32,000 bases of DNA from Moraxella nasovis. GTDB lineage: Bacteria > Pseudomonadota > Gammaproteobacteria > Pseudomonadales > Moraxellaceae. Of this stretch, positions 1 through 9,594 are shown piece by piece. Made by a program: the position numbers and the translations under genes. The first letter of the stretch is position 1; every line of letters starts with the position of its first letter. The notes beneath the pieces are model-generated. The model searched no databases and was not told the DNA's origin. It saw only the letters and a list, made by a program, of their open reading frames with translations. The stretch is taken from assembly GCF_022701215.1 (NCBI RefSeq), contig NZ_CP089976.1, forward strand, positions 270,001 to 302,000, given 5' to 3'.

Positions 1-205
1 AGGTGATGTTTTGCATGGGTAATCTTAGGGTTGGTGGGGTTGTGCTAATCGTCAATTATGAACGTTAGTCTTACAATAATAATGAAATTAAAAACACGAT
101 TTAGAATAAATTATTATAACATAAACGCACATTTCATGATAAAATTTCATCCAAAATATCAAAAAATCCATCTCTTTAAAAACACATTTTTATACTATTT
201 TATTT

Positions 206-925
206 ATGAATCACACAGAGCTAAATCACTACCAAGACCAAAATGCCGTCGTTTTATTTTCTGGTGGTCTTGACTCCACCACCTGCCTTTATTGGGCAAA
301 ATCTCAGTTTAAACACATTACTGCGATTAGCTTTCGCTATGGACAACGCCATTCAAGTGAACTGATTGCCGCCCAAAACATTGCAAAAGCACTGGATGTG
401 GATCACCGTATTATCGACATAGATATCGCTCAGCTTGGTGGCAGTGCCTTGACAGATAATAGCATAGATGTGCCAGAATATGATGCTAATTCAGATGCTG
501 TACCTGTAACTTATGTGCCAGCACGCAATACCATCTTTTTATCATACGCCTTAGCAGCAGCTGAAGTAACTGGGTCAAACTACATCGTCATTGGCGTAAG
601 CTCGGTGGATTTTTCAGGTTATCCTGACTGCAGACCTGATTTTATTGAAGCCTTTGAAAGGCTTGCCAATCTTGCCACCGTGACGGGAAGAGCAGGCAAT
701 ACGCTGTCGGTCGTTGCTCCTTTACAGCTCCTATCTAAAGCACAAACCCTAAAGCTTGGGCTTAAGCTTGGCGTAGATTATGGGCAAACTGTATCGTGCT
801 ATCAAGCGGATGAGTCTGGCTTGGCATGTGGTGTGTGCGACAGCTGCTCACTTAGACGTCAAGGCTTTCTTGATGCAGGCGTCGCTGACCCAACACGCTA
901 TCGCAAGGATGTGATTTATGACTGA
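206..925 (+). CDS. queC: 7-cyano-7-deazaguanine synthase (QueC)
   Basis: The 239-aa ORF has the PP-loop [12 protein letters not shown], the FSGYPDCR core and the C-terminal Zn-binding Cys cluster [10 protein letters not shown]. It is collinear with E. coli QueC from memory. No clear SD precedes ATG 206. Confidence 0.93.
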   Translation: MNHTELNHYQDQNAVVLFSGGLDSTTCLYWAKSQFKHITAISFRYGQRHSSELIAAQNIAKALDVDHRIIDIDIAQLGGSALTDNSIDVPEYDANSDAVPVTYVPARNTIFLSYALAAAEVTGSNYIVIGVSSVDFSGYPDCRPDFIEAFERLANLATVTGRAGNTLSVVAPLQLLSKAQTLKLGLKLGVDYGQTVSCYQADESGLACGVCDSCSLRRQGFLDAGVADPTRYRKDVIYD

Positions 926-1502
926 TTTATTTGACGAAAATAAAGTTAAAGCCACTGACAGCACACCCCAAAAGCGTAAAAACAACCCAGAGCTGTTAAG
1001 ACACACATTACTGATTGCTGCCAAAGATATCATGCTTGAAGATGGTATTGCTCAGCTGTCCATGCAAAAGGTAGCAACATTAGCTGGGGTTAGTAAAGGC
1101 GGACTTTTTCATCACTTTAAGAGTAAAGATGATTTAATCTCAAGTGTCGTCTCACTATTCATCGCTCAGCTTAACACTGCCATCATTAGTCAGATTGCCG
1201 ACCAAAACGCCTTTGGAGTCTTTACCACTGCTTATGTACGAGTTTTTTTTGATGATAAAAACATCGGTCTTGGCAGTCAATGGTCTGGATTAATAAAACC
1301 CATTACCGCCGAGAGTTCTCTTAGGCAGCAGTGGCAACAATGGCTTGATAATAAGCTTCACCAGCACCATAAAACTGACAGTGACGACAGATTACACCTT
1401 GTACGCATGGCAGTAGATGGTGTTTGGCTAAATGGCGTATCCACGCATGAACTACCCAGATTAAAAGAGCATCTACTTTGTGCCATCAACAGCATAAAAT
1501 AA
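918..1502 (+). CDS. TetR/AcrR-family transcriptional regulator
   Basis: The 194-aa ORF has a typical N-terminal TetR HTH ([27 protein letters not shown]). Its ATG at 918 overlaps the queC stop (923-925) by 8 nt. Confidence 0.85.
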   Translation: MTDLFDENKVKATDSTPQKRKNNPELLRHTLLIAAKDIMLEDGIAQLSMQKVATLAGVSKGGLFHHFKSKDDLISSVVSLFIAQLNTAIISQIADQNAFGVFTTAYVRVFFDDKNIGLGSQWSGLIKPITAESSLRQQWQQWLDNKLHQHHKTDSDDRLHLVRMAVDGVWLNGVSTHELPRLKEHLLCAINSIK

Positions 1503-1581
1503 AATCACACACTCATCAAGCATGTGATTTAAAAAGACGGCTAAGTTAAGACTGTTAATAAAACGTAACTAGCAATCTAGC

Positions 1582-2448
1582 CTAAAAGTTGGCGTTGGTC
1601 GCTTCTAAACTGACTGCTGTATCATATACATAGATATAGTCATTGGCATGATTTGGTGTATGATACACCTTAATTCGGATAATTTGGCGTAAGCTTGGAT
1701 CGTGTGTGTATCCTACAATTTCACCTTTAAAATTTCGCCACGCCCCCTTTCTGACTTCGATACCCATATCATCATAATCAATACTGCGAACTTTTAGGCA
1801 ATGCACACTGCCATCTATACATTCTTTGGCATTTGGGTCTATTTCCCAAAACATCGTTTTAGCTTTGCCATATAATGATTCAAGTGTCGCTTGACCTTGC
1901 CAAGTCAGCGTTAGATCTTCATTAACCTGCGTTAAGGTTGCCAACATTCCATCTGACGATTTGGTCAAGTAAAAACGACTGCCATGAAAGGCGTTAAATA
2001 ACGTACTTTCTGCTTTTGTTTGGCTATCATAGCATGCCATTAAAGTCGATGCATTATGGCTTGTGTACAAATGACCGTGCTTCATCGCAACATCAGCTGA
2101 GTATCGATTACAGCCTGCTGTCGCTGTTAACTTACCGCCATTAAGCTCAAACTTTGCTTGAGCTTGGGCGATTACTTGATCAAAATCTGTTGCAGATTGC
2201 TCTTGTTGATCAGCCCGTATTAATGTCCACTGATAATGTGCAATATCATCAAGTAGCGTCATTGGCTTAGTGTCATGGCTACTGTCTTGCTGTCGCTTGG
2301 AAGTTGAAGCAACCTGCTGCTCTTGACGATCAAAGCCATTACTCTCAATACAATGACACGCTACCAACGTTAATGACAATATAATTACAAAACTGCGAGA
2401 GGTCAAAACAAAGCGTCTTAATTTTCCTAAAAAAAGCATAAAAAACAT
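1582..2448 (-). CDS. Lipoprotein with a META (HslJ-like) domain and a DUF4377-like C-terminal domain
   Basis: The 288-aa ORF has a signal peptide with lipobox LTLVAC. A META-type motif is present (TATAGCNRYSADV ... STLMAC). The start could be ATG 2448 or ATG 2439. Confidence 0.7.
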   Translation of the reverse strand: MFFMLFLGKLRRFVLTSRSFVIILSLTLVACHCIESNGFDRQEQQVASTSKRQQDSSHDTKPMTLLDDIAHYQWTLIRADQQEQSATDFDQVIAQAQAKFELNGGKLTATAGCNRYSADVAMKHGHLYTSHNASTLMACYDSQTKAESTLFNAFHGSRFYLTKSSDGMLATLTQVNEDLTLTWQGQATLESLYGKAKTMFWEIDPNAKECIDGSVHCLKVRSIDYDDMGIEVRKGAWRNFKGEIVGYTHDPSLRQIIRIKVYHTPNHANDYIYVYDTAVSLEATNANF

Positions 2449-2568
2449 TCATTACAATAATTTTGTTATATCATAGCACCATCTGTTTAAATTTCTTGTA
2501 AAAATTTGTATCAAAATGGCTTATCAGCTTAGCTTAGTAGTGATTTGGTAGGAAAATCCCAAAAATTT

Positions 2569-2577
2569 TGTTACAAT
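2569..2577 (+). promoter_or_regulatory. Candidate extended -10 promoter (TGtTACAAT) for the TerD-like gene
   Basis: The sequence TGTTACAAT ends 28 nt upstream of ATG 2606. No good -35 is present. This is a by-eye motif call only. Confidence 0.35.
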
Positions 2578-2605
2578 AACATCAACTCATACACAGGAAA
2601 ACATC

Positions 2606-3277
2606 ATGTCAGCCATTAAAACACAAAGTCTCGTCACCAACACGACGCTCATCAGTCACTTTGAGCCACGCACATTAACACAATTGCAGCTGTTTGGAGC
2701 TTATCTTGTTGCAGGCGTAAAATACGAACACACCGAACTGCCAAAACGTGGCAAAGATGCATGGCTTGCCAAACTGCCCAAGGTCGATAATTCGCCCATT
2801 GCCATGGATATTGATATTGTCTGCATTCTGTATAACCATACACGAAAACCTTTAGATATTATTTGGTACGGCAAGCTAAGAAATAATAGCGAAACTGTTC
2901 GCCATGGCGGTGATGCGTTAATTGGATCAAAATCCTTTGAAGAAACGCTCATCAACCAAGAAGAGATTCGTGTGCGAGCCTTAGACTTAGACGATAACAT
3001 TCATCATGCGGCATTTGTCATCACAAGCTACCACAACCAACCACTGCGATTTGCCAAAAAAGGGATAGCAACACTAACTGATAATGAAAATAACATCGCT
3101 CACAGCTTTCATTTAGATGCAATAGAAGGTGACTGCCAATCTTTTCTTGCTTGGCACATACAGCGTACCGATAATGATTGGCTCGTACACGCACCAATGA
3201 AAAATCTATCTACCAAGGATATTGACTCGCTTGGCGATGCTGTATCAACCCTGCTAGAGCAGCATACTCGCTGGTAA
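2606..3277 (+). CDS. TerD-domain (tellurium-resistance/stress TerD family) protein
   Basis: The 223-aa ORF has an SD (AGGAAAA) before the ATG. The block MDIDIVCILYN...IWYGKLRNNSETVRHGGDALIGS...EEIRVRALDLDDNIHHAAFVITSY...WLVHA follows the TerD pattern: paired Asp, a HxGDxxxG-like motif, then E-I-x-V-x-L and a hydrophobic beta strand ending in Y. Confidence 0.6.
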   Translation: MSAIKTQSLVTNTTLISHFEPRTLTQLQLFGAYLVAGVKYEHTELPKRGKDAWLAKLPKVDNSPIAMDIDIVCILYNHTRKPLDIIWYGKLRNNSETVRHGGDALIGSKSFEETLINQEEIRVRALDLDDNIHHAAFVITSYHNQPLRFAKKGIATLTDNENNIAHSFHLDAIEGDCQSFLAWHIQRTDNDWLVHAPMKNLSTKDIDSLGDAVSTLLEQHTRW

Positions 3278-3350
3278 AGCAGTTCAGTTATAGACGATGT
3301 CAAAATACTGTGGCATTACTTAAAAACAAAAAAAACTTTTTAAGTTACAC

Positions 3351-3383
3351 AAAAAACCGCAAAAAATTCTTTGCGGTTTTTTT
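3351..3383. terminator. Bidirectional rho-independent terminator between the convergent TerD-like and mltB genes
   Basis: The sequence is AAAAAACCGCAAA-aaattc-TTTGCGGTTTTTTT. A GC-containing stem is flanked by an A-run on one side and a T-run on the other. Confidence 0.8.
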
Positions 3384-3427
3384 AGGTTATGATATGTATT
3401 GGCGATAAACCACTAACTATAAAGCAG

Positions 3428-4774
3428 TTACCAAATTAGAGCATCGGCAGAGCTTAAACTGATAAAGCCATCTGGAATCTGACCGTGCGCTGTCTGCCAC
3501 TTGGCAAACGCTTTTTTAGTGTTTGAGCCTGCCACTCCGTCAATCCCTTGGGTATCAAAGCCTAAAGCGGTGAGTTTTTGTTGTAGCATTTTTACTTGGG
3601 TGCGTGATAATGGTCGTTCGTGCTTTGGCCATGCTGCTGACAGCCCTTCACCGCCGCCGATACGTTTAGCAAGTAATGATACACCGAGTGCATAGCTTGA
3701 TGAGTTATTATACACTCGGATAACATCAAAGTTTTGCGTTATTAGTAATGCAGGCCCGTGAATACCTGCTGGCAACCATAATTCAGCGATGGCTGCACCA
3801 TAAAAAGGCTCATCCACAGGCAAAACCCCTGCTTGACGCCATAAATCAAGTGATTGCTTTTGACCGATTAAACGGTAATCAAACTGCGTTGGCAAGCTCA
3901 CCTCATAATATGGTGCTAAACCACGCACCCAGCCAGCATCGCCTAGATAGTTGGCTGTTGATGATAGAGCGTCGCTTGCTTGCCATGGGCTATAATAACC
4001 ATCACCGTTTGCATCTACGCCGTGCAAAAGCCAAGTGCTTGGAATAAACTGTGTATGCCCCATGCCACCTGCCCATGAACCTTTTAGCTGATTTGGCGAC
4101 ACATCACCACGCTCCACCATACGCATCATGGCGATTAACTCACCTTCGGCAAATTCACGTCGACGGCCATCATAAGCTAAGGTGGCTAACGCACTGACCA
4201 AATCTGTATTGCCCATGCCCGTTCCATAAGAGGACTCCATACCCCATATCGCTGCTACGATTTGCTTTGGCACTCCATAACGACTTTCAGCATCGGCAAG
4301 AGTTGTGCGATACGCATTTAACTTAGAGCGACCTTGTTGAATGCGATTGTGGCTGACGGCAGATTCTACATACTCCCAAGGCATCTTAGTAAATTCTGCC
4401 TGAGATCGATCAAGCGAGATAACACTAGATAAGTAATCTGCTTGTGAAAGTAAGTTTTCTAAACGCCAAGTATCATACCCTTGTAGTGCTGCACGACGAA
4501 TAAAATCTGCCTTCCAATCGCTAAAGCTTGCATAGTGCATCTGTTTAGGCGATGCGGTTTGTTGGGGTATAGCGACATGCTCTTTGGCGATGTGTTGAAC
4601 TTTTGGCGTATAGACAACAGCTGGCTGACGTACCTCTTTAGGCAAAGTAGACACAGAAGCCTTGCCTTCAATAATCTGTATTGGGGGTCTATCTACAGTC
4701 TGCGAGCTTTGGCACGCCATCAATACCGACGCACTCAAAGATAACATAACAAAGCCTAATGTATGATGTCTCAT
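3428..4774 (-). CDS. mltB: Lytic murein transglycosylase B-family lipoprotein with a C-terminal peptidoglycan-binding domain
   Basis: The 448-aa ORF has lipobox SVLMAC and the catalytic-region motif IWGMESSYG. The C-terminal PG_binding_1-like repeat is LGFDTQGIDGVAGSNTKKAFAKWQ. A GGAG SD overlaps the end of purF. Confidence 0.85.
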   Translation of the reverse strand: MRHHTLGFVMLSLSASVLMACQSSQTVDRPPIQIIEGKASVSTLPKEVRQPAVVYTPKVQHIAKEHVAIPQQTASPKQMHYASFSDWKADFIRRAALQGYDTWRLENLLSQADYLSSVISLDRSQAEFTKMPWEYVESAVSHNRIQQGRSKLNAYRTTLADAESRYGVPKQIVAAIWGMESSYGTGMGNTDLVSALATLAYDGRRREFAEGELIAMMRMVERGDVSPNQLKGSWAGGMGHTQFIPSTWLLHGVDANGDGYYSPWQASDALSSTANYLGDAGWVRGLAPYYEVSLPTQFDYRLIGQKQSLDLWRQAGVLPVDEPFYGAAIAELWLPAGIHGPALLITQNFDVIRVYNNSSSYALGVSLLAKRIGGGEGLSAAWPKHERPLSRTQVKMLQQKLTALGFDTQGIDGVAGSNTKKAFAKWQTAHGQIPDGFISLSSADALIW

Positions 4775-4780
4775 GGTGTT

Positions 4781-6301
4781 TTAAGCTCCTGTAATGCCAG
4801 TAATGTCTACAGGTGTGTCCACAGTAACTACCTTATTTTTAGCGGCATCACTGCGTTTATTTTGTAGTGCAGTCAAGTAGCTATCATCAATCCCACCTGC
4901 GATATACTCACCATTAAAGACCGAGCAATCAAAGGTATCTACACGGCTGTACTTGGTATTATTGACCGCTTCTATCAAATCGTCTAAATCCTGAAAAATC
5001 AAGCGATCTGCACCGATAATTTTACGCACCTCTTCCACGCTACGCCCAGATGAAATCAGTTCAGCACGTGACGGCATATCGATACCATAGACATTTGGGA
5101 ATTTAACCTCAGGTGCAGCTGATGCAAAATAGACATTTTTTGCACCTGCATCTCGTGCCATTTGGATGATTTCATGGCAAGTTGTCCCTCGCACGATAGA
5201 ATCATCAACAAGCAGTACATTTCGGTTCTTAAACTCTAGCGGAATGGCGTTCAACTTCTGGCGAACAGATTTTTTACGTTGACCTTGTCCTGGCATAATA
5301 AAGGTGCGACCGATATAGCGGTTCTTAGTAAAACCTTCACGGTACTTCACCCCAAGATGCGTTGCAAGCTCAAGTGCAGAATTACGCGACGTATCTGGAA
5401 TTGGAATAACCACATCAATACCATGATCTTCACCCCATTCAGCAACGATACGCTCAGCAAGCTTTTCCCCCATTCGCATACGTGCCTTATGCACTGAAAT
5501 ATTATCGATGATAGAATCTGGTCTTGCAAAATACACATACTCAAAAATACAAGGCGAGCGTTTAGCATCAGCTACGCACTGCTTGGTGTGCAAATTATAG
5601 TCAAGATCGATAAATATCGCTTCACCAGGGGCAACATCACGCACAATCTCAAAGCCTAATGCAGTCAATGCCACAGACTCTGATGCCACCATATACTCGA
5701 CACCATTTTCGGTCAAACGGCGACCATATACCAAAGGGCGAATGCCATTTGGATCACGAAAAGCAAGCATACCATGACCTGCAATGATAGCAACTACACC
5801 ATAAGCACCTTCACAGCGACTATAAACAGCTTGCACCGCCTCAAAGATATCATTTGCATCTAAAGATGACTTGGTAAAATTTTGCAATTCATTAGCAAAT
5901 ACGTTTAATAATACTTCTGAATCTGAATCTGTATTAAGATGACGACGATTGCCTGCATACAGTTCTTTTGCAAGCATTTCAGCATTGGTTAAGTTACCGT
6001 TATGAGCTAAGGCGATACCATAAGGCGAATTGACATACAAAGGCTGAGCTTCAGCAGTACTAGATGTACCAGCTGTCGGATAACGAACATGACCGATGCC
6101 AAAATTACCGACCAATCGCACCATGTGCTGAGTAAGAAAGACGTCTCGCACCATGCCGTTATCTTTACGCAAGTATAATCTGTCGTCTTTTAGGGTAACG
6201 ATACCAGCAGCATCTTGTCCGCGGTGCTGAAGCATGGTCAATCCATCATACAGCATTTGATTTACAGGTTCATGCGCCGCAACGCCAATCACACCACACA
6301 T
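4781..6301 (-). CDS. purF: Amidophosphoribosyltransferase (glutamine PRPP amidotransferase)
   Basis: The 506-aa ORF has an N-terminal MCGVIGV with the Ntn catalytic Cys. The PRPP-binding motif [13 protein letters not shown] is present, and the ORF resembles PurF along its whole length. Confidence 0.96.
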   Translation of the reverse strand: MCGVIGVAAHEPVNQMLYDGLTMLQHRGQDAAGIVTLKDDRLYLRKDNGMVRDVFLTQHMVRLVGNFGIGHVRYPTAGTSSTAEAQPLYVNSPYGIALAHNGNLTNAEMLAKELYAGNRRHLNTDSDSEVLLNVFANELQNFTKSSLDANDIFEAVQAVYSRCEGAYGVVAIIAGHGMLAFRDPNGIRPLVYGRRLTENGVEYMVASESVALTALGFEIVRDVAPGEAIFIDLDYNLHTKQCVADAKRSPCIFEYVYFARPDSIIDNISVHKARMRMGEKLAERIVAEWGEDHGIDVVIPIPDTSRNSALELATHLGVKYREGFTKNRYIGRTFIMPGQGQRKKSVRQKLNAIPLEFKNRNVLLVDDSIVRGTTCHEIIQMARDAGAKNVYFASAAPEVKFPNVYGIDMPSRAELISSGRSVEEVRKIIGADRLIFQDLDDLIEAVNNTKYSRVDTFDCSVFNGEYIAGGIDDSYLTALQNKRSDAAKNKVVTVDTPVDITGITGA

Positions 6302-6340
6302 AGTCGCTCCAAGTGTTATTAAGGTGAAAATTTCAATAAG

Positions 6341-6366
6341 TCAAGCTAAGTAATCAAGCTAAGTAA
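6341..6366. repeat. Perfect 13-bp tandem duplication (TCAAGCTAAGTAA x2) in the cvpA-purF spacer
   Basis: This is a direct read: 6341-6353 is identical to 6354-6366. Confidence 0.95.
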
Positions 6367-6385
6367 TAAATTCTTATGATGTAAT

Positions 6386-6889
6386 CTAACTATAAGGATT
6401 TTGAATTTGTTGCCATGCTGTGCCAAACGCCTCTTGAAGCAGTTGCTTAGCCATTGGGGCGTAAGGCAGTAAACTTTGGGCAAGAGCAGATTCTTGCCAT
6501 GTTGGTAAATGAATCAAAAAAGGCGATGTAATACCAAGCACAATCAACACTTTTAGTACGCCTACTAGCGACCCAAGCACACCGCCAAGCATTCTATCCA
6601 AAAAACCTAAATGCAGTGCCTTTAATGTGCCAACAACCGCTCTTGCCAATAAATGCACCACAGTAACAACAATTAATGCCAGCACTAAAAATGCCGCCGC
6701 CACCTGCAATATAGGATCGCTAACGACATTTTCAAATAAGGGAGCTACTTGCTTAACAGTCTTTGACGCTACAATCAAAGCCAAAAGCCACGCTATTAAA
6801 GAAGTGGCTGTCTTTACTGCACCCGCATTAAACCCTCTCCAAAGACCCAAAAAAACCACAAAGCTAATACCTATGTCAATTAACGTCAT
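6386..6889 (-). CDS. cvpA: Colicin V production protein CvpA (inner-membrane protein)
   Basis: The 167-aa ORF is very hydrophobic and multi-TM. It sits immediately upstream of purF, as in the conserved E. coli cvpA-purF arrangement. Confidence 0.8.
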   Translation of the reverse strand: MTLIDIGISFVVFLGLWRGFNAGAVKTATSLIAWLLALIVASKTVKQVAPLFENVVSDPILQVAAAFLVLALIVVTVVHLLARAVVGTLKALHLGFLDRMLGGVLGSLVGVLKVLIVLGITSPFLIHLPTWQESALAQSLLPYAPMAKQLLQEAFGTAWQQIQNPYS

Positions 6890-6892
6890 GGC

Positions 6893-7921
6893 TTAATGGC
6901 GATCCATATGCTCAGCAATGGCTCTTACACAATCATCAATCAATTTGGGTCCTTGATAAACCAAGCCAGAAAACAGCTGTACAGCTGTCGCTCCTGCCTG
7001 CATTTTCTTAACAGCAATGTTACCACTGTCAATACCGCCAACACCGATCAAATCCACTTTATCCGATAAACGATCGGCAAACTGAGCCAGCACAGCCGTA
7101 CTGTGATGTCCAATCGGACGACCACTTAAACCGCCTGTTTCGTCTTTTTGCGAGCTATTTTCCACGCCTGCTCGTGATAAAGTGGTGTTTGTGGCAATCA
7201 GCCCATCAATATCAAAATTAAGCACCGCCTTGGCAATCTCGTTAATCTGCGATTCATCCAAATCTGGTGCAATCTTTAGGGCAAGCGGCACATAAAATCC
7301 ATGCTCAAGCGTCAATCTTTGATGGCATTTTTTAATCCCATCAAGTAGTACACTTAAAGCATCGGCATTTTGCAGGCTTCGTAAATTTTTAGTATTTGGG
7401 CTTGAGATATTAATAGTGATGTAGCTGGCGTAGGGGTAAACACGCTCAAGGCAATAGATATAATCATCTAAAGCATTTTCTACTGGCGTGGTGGCATTTT
7501 TACCAATATTAATGCCAAGCACGCCTTTGTATTTAGCACGTTTGACATTTGCAATTAGAGTATCAACCCCGTCATTATTAAAGCCCATCCGATTGATAAT
7601 CGCTCCGTCTTCTTGTAGGCGAAATAAACGAGGCTTACCATTGCCTGCCTGAGGACGTGGCGTTACTGTACCAATCTCAAGATAACCAAAGCCAAGCTCA
7701 GCAAGTGCATCAATATAAGCACCGTTTTTATCAAGACCTGCAGCAAGCCCAACAGGGTTTGGCATCTCAATACCCATGCAAGTAACTGGCAAGCTTTGGC
7801 GAGTGGCAAAAAAATTCAGTAGCTTTGCATGATGGGCTTTATTTAAAAGATCAAGGGTCAATTCATGTGCCTGTTCAGGATCCATGTTGAACAAAAAAGG
7901 ACGAAGTAACGCATACGACAT
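6893..7921 (-). CDS. pyrD: Dihydroorotate dehydrogenase (quinone), class 2
   Basis: The protein aligns with E. coli PyrD from [20 protein letters not shown]. Motifs [19 protein letters not shown] and GVGGI are present. The ORF track starts at GTG 7930, but ATG 7921 matches the E. coli N-terminus. Confidence 0.93.
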   Translation of the reverse strand: MSYALLRPFLFNMDPEQAHELTLDLLNKAHHAKLLNFFATRQSLPVTCMGIEMPNPVGLAAGLDKNGAYIDALAELGFGYLEIGTVTPRPQAGNGKPRLFRLQEDGAIINRMGFNNDGVDTLIANVKRAKYKGVLGINIGKNATTPVENALDDYIYCLERVYPYASYITINISSPNTKNLRSLQNADALSVLLDGIKKCHQRLTLEHGFYVPLALKIAPDLDESQINEIAKAVLNFDIDGLIATNTTLSRAGVENSSQKDETGGLSGRPIGHHSTAVLAQFADRLSDKVDLIGVGGIDSGNIAVKKMQAGATAVQLFSGLVYQGPKLIDDCVRAIAEHMDRH

Positions 7922-7959
7922 GAAAAACACACCCTGTATTAATGAGAAAAATAATCCTT

Positions 7960-7968
7960 ATTATACCA
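7960..7968 (-). promoter_or_regulatory. Candidate extended -10 promoter (TGgTATAAT) for pyrD
   Basis: The minus strand reads catgGTATAAT, that is TG-n-TATAAT. It ends 38 nt upstream of ATG 7921. Confidence 0.45.
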
Positions 7969-8054
7969 TGATTTTATGCTTGATAGTAGTCATAGAAAGC
8001 TTTTAGGTATCGGTTTATAGCAGATAAATACAAAAAAAATGACATTTATCGCTC

Positions 8055-8579
8055 TTATGACGCACTTTGCTCAAGCTCAAGCAGCTTTGTTTTAATATCT
8101 ATGCCGCCTGTATAGCCACCAAGTCCACCATCAGATGCGATCACTCGGTGGCATGGTATGATTAATGAGATAAGATTTTTGCCATTCGCATTAGCAACTG
8201 CTCGAAACGACTTCGGCTTTCCGATACGCTCTGCTAACGCCTTATAACTTATCGTCTCACCATAATTAATATTACACAAAGCTTGCCATACTTGTCTTTG
8301 AAATGGCGTGCCGTGCGATACATCAAGCGGTATGCTAAACCGCTGACGCCTGCCTTGAAAATACTCATCAAGCTGTTGACAAACTTGTATAGCAGCCGCT
8401 TGATTTTGATCTGAGTTTTGTAACTTATGAACAGGTATGACGCAAGATTGATGATTTAAGCGATCTAGTAGTTTAACCGTTTTATCACAATACCAATCAA
8501 GCACCAAAAGCTTACCATCTCTTATGGTAAGACTGATGGTAGGCAAGTTATGCGTTGGTGTATAGTAAGTGGTTATCAT
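8055..8579 (-). CDS. ogt: Methylated-DNA--protein-cysteine methyltransferase
   Basis: The active-site motif IPCHRVI is present, with a C-terminal DNA-binding domain (FQRQVWQAL...). The start is ambiguous between GTG 8588 and ATG 8579. Confidence 0.88.
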   Translation of the reverse strand: MITTYYTPTHNLPTISLTIRDGKLLVLDWYCDKTVKLLDRLNHQSCVIPVHKLQNSDQNQAAAIQVCQQLDEYFQGRRQRFSIPLDVSHGTPFQRQVWQALCNINYGETISYKALAERIGKPKSFRAVANANGKNLISLIIPCHRVIASDGGLGGYTGGIDIKTKLLELEQSAS

Positions 8580-8620
8580 TAAAATCACTTCATATTAATA
8601 GCTTGTATAGCATTAAAAAT

Positions 8621-9568
8621 CTATTTATCATCAACAAATAAAGCATCTACAAATTCTTTAGGGTCAAAAGATTGCAAATCATCAATGCTCTCGCCTACAC
8701 CGATATAACGGATTGGAAATTTAGTATTTTGGGCGATATTAAAGACCACGCCACCTTTAGCTGTGCCATCTAGTTTGGTGACGCTAATGCCTGTTAGTGG
8801 TACAGCTTCTGAGAATACTTTTACTTGATTAATCGCATTTTGTCCTGTGCCTGCATCTAACACAATCATGGTCTCATGCGGAGCACTAGCGTCTGCTTTT
8901 TTCATCACACGGATTACTTTTTCAAGCTCATTCATCAAATGGGTCTTATTTTGGAGTCGCCCTGCCGTATCTGCAATTAACACATCAATCCCTTTGGCTT
9001 TTGCCGATTGCATCGCATCAAAGATAACCGACGCACTATCTGCTCCATGACCTTGGGCAATCACAGGAATGTGATTACGCTCACCCCAAATCTGCAGCTG
9101 CTCTGTTGCCGCCGCTCGAAACGTATCGCCTGCTGCAAGCATCACTGACTTGCCTTCAGCTTGTAAGCGTTTTGCAAGCTTACCAATCGTGGTGGTTTTA
9201 CCCACACCATTAACACCCACCATTAAAATCACAAAGGGCTTTTTGGTGGTATCAATAACAAGCGGTGCTACCTTAGGCGATAAGATTTGCACCAACTCTT
9301 GCTTTAGTGCTTTATATAGCGAATGCGAATAAATTAAGTCGCCTCGTGCTGTCGCTTCTGTCAGATTTTTAATGATTTGATTCGTTGCATCAACGCCAAT
9401 ATCAGCAACAAGCAATTGATCTTCTACCTCTTCTAGAAGTTCATCATCAATCTCCTTGCCTCCGACCAACACATTCATCATGCCCTCAGTAAAGTTCTTG
9501 CTAGACTTAGACAGTCCTTGTTTCATGCGGGCAAACCAGCCTTGATTTGAAGAGGTTTCGTTTGTCAT
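8621..9568 (-). CDS. ftsY: Signal recognition particle receptor FtsY (short form without the acidic A domain)
   Basis: The 315-aa ORF has SRP-GTPase motifs GVNGVGKTTTIGKLA, DTAGR and TKLDG. An AGGAAT SD precedes the ATG. Confidence 0.95.
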   Translation of the reverse strand: MTNETSSNQGWFARMKQGLSKSSKNFTEGMMNVLVGGKEIDDELLEEVEDQLLVADIGVDATNQIIKNLTEATARGDLIYSHSLYKALKQELVQILSPKVAPLVIDTTKKPFVILMVGVNGVGKTTTIGKLAKRLQAEGKSVMLAAGDTFRAAATEQLQIWGERNHIPVIAQGHGADSASVIFDAMQSAKAKGIDVLIADTAGRLQNKTHLMNELEKVIRVMKKADASAPHETMIVLDAGTGQNAINQVKVFSEAVPLTGISVTKLDGTAKGGVVFNIAQNTKFPIRYIGVGESIDDLQSFDPKEFVDALFVDDK

Positions 9569-9594
9569 GGTATTCCTATGATAGTTAAGTTTAT

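Noticed and set aside
1-205. I looked for a preQ1 riboswitch upstream of queC and for a divergent gene start at 14-16 (CAT).
   Set aside because: No preQ1-type motif or pseudoknot core is recognisable. The possible minus-strand ATG has no SD and only 5 codons lie inside the window, so neither call can be supported.
58-273. A 71-aa ORF lies in the AT-rich region upstream of queC and overlaps its start.
   Set aside because: Its composition (I/N/K/F/Y-rich) is what AT-rich non-coding DNA gives by chance. It has no SD, and it overlaps the well-supported queC start in another frame.
6302-6385. I considered a purF-specific promoter using the TTGACT hexamer created by the 13-bp duplication (TTGACT-17-TAATAA).
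   Set aside because: The implied transcription start would fall inside or after the purF Shine-Dalgarno sequence (GGAG at 6307-6310), and the -10 is poor. purF is more likely transcribed with cvpA, as in E. coli.
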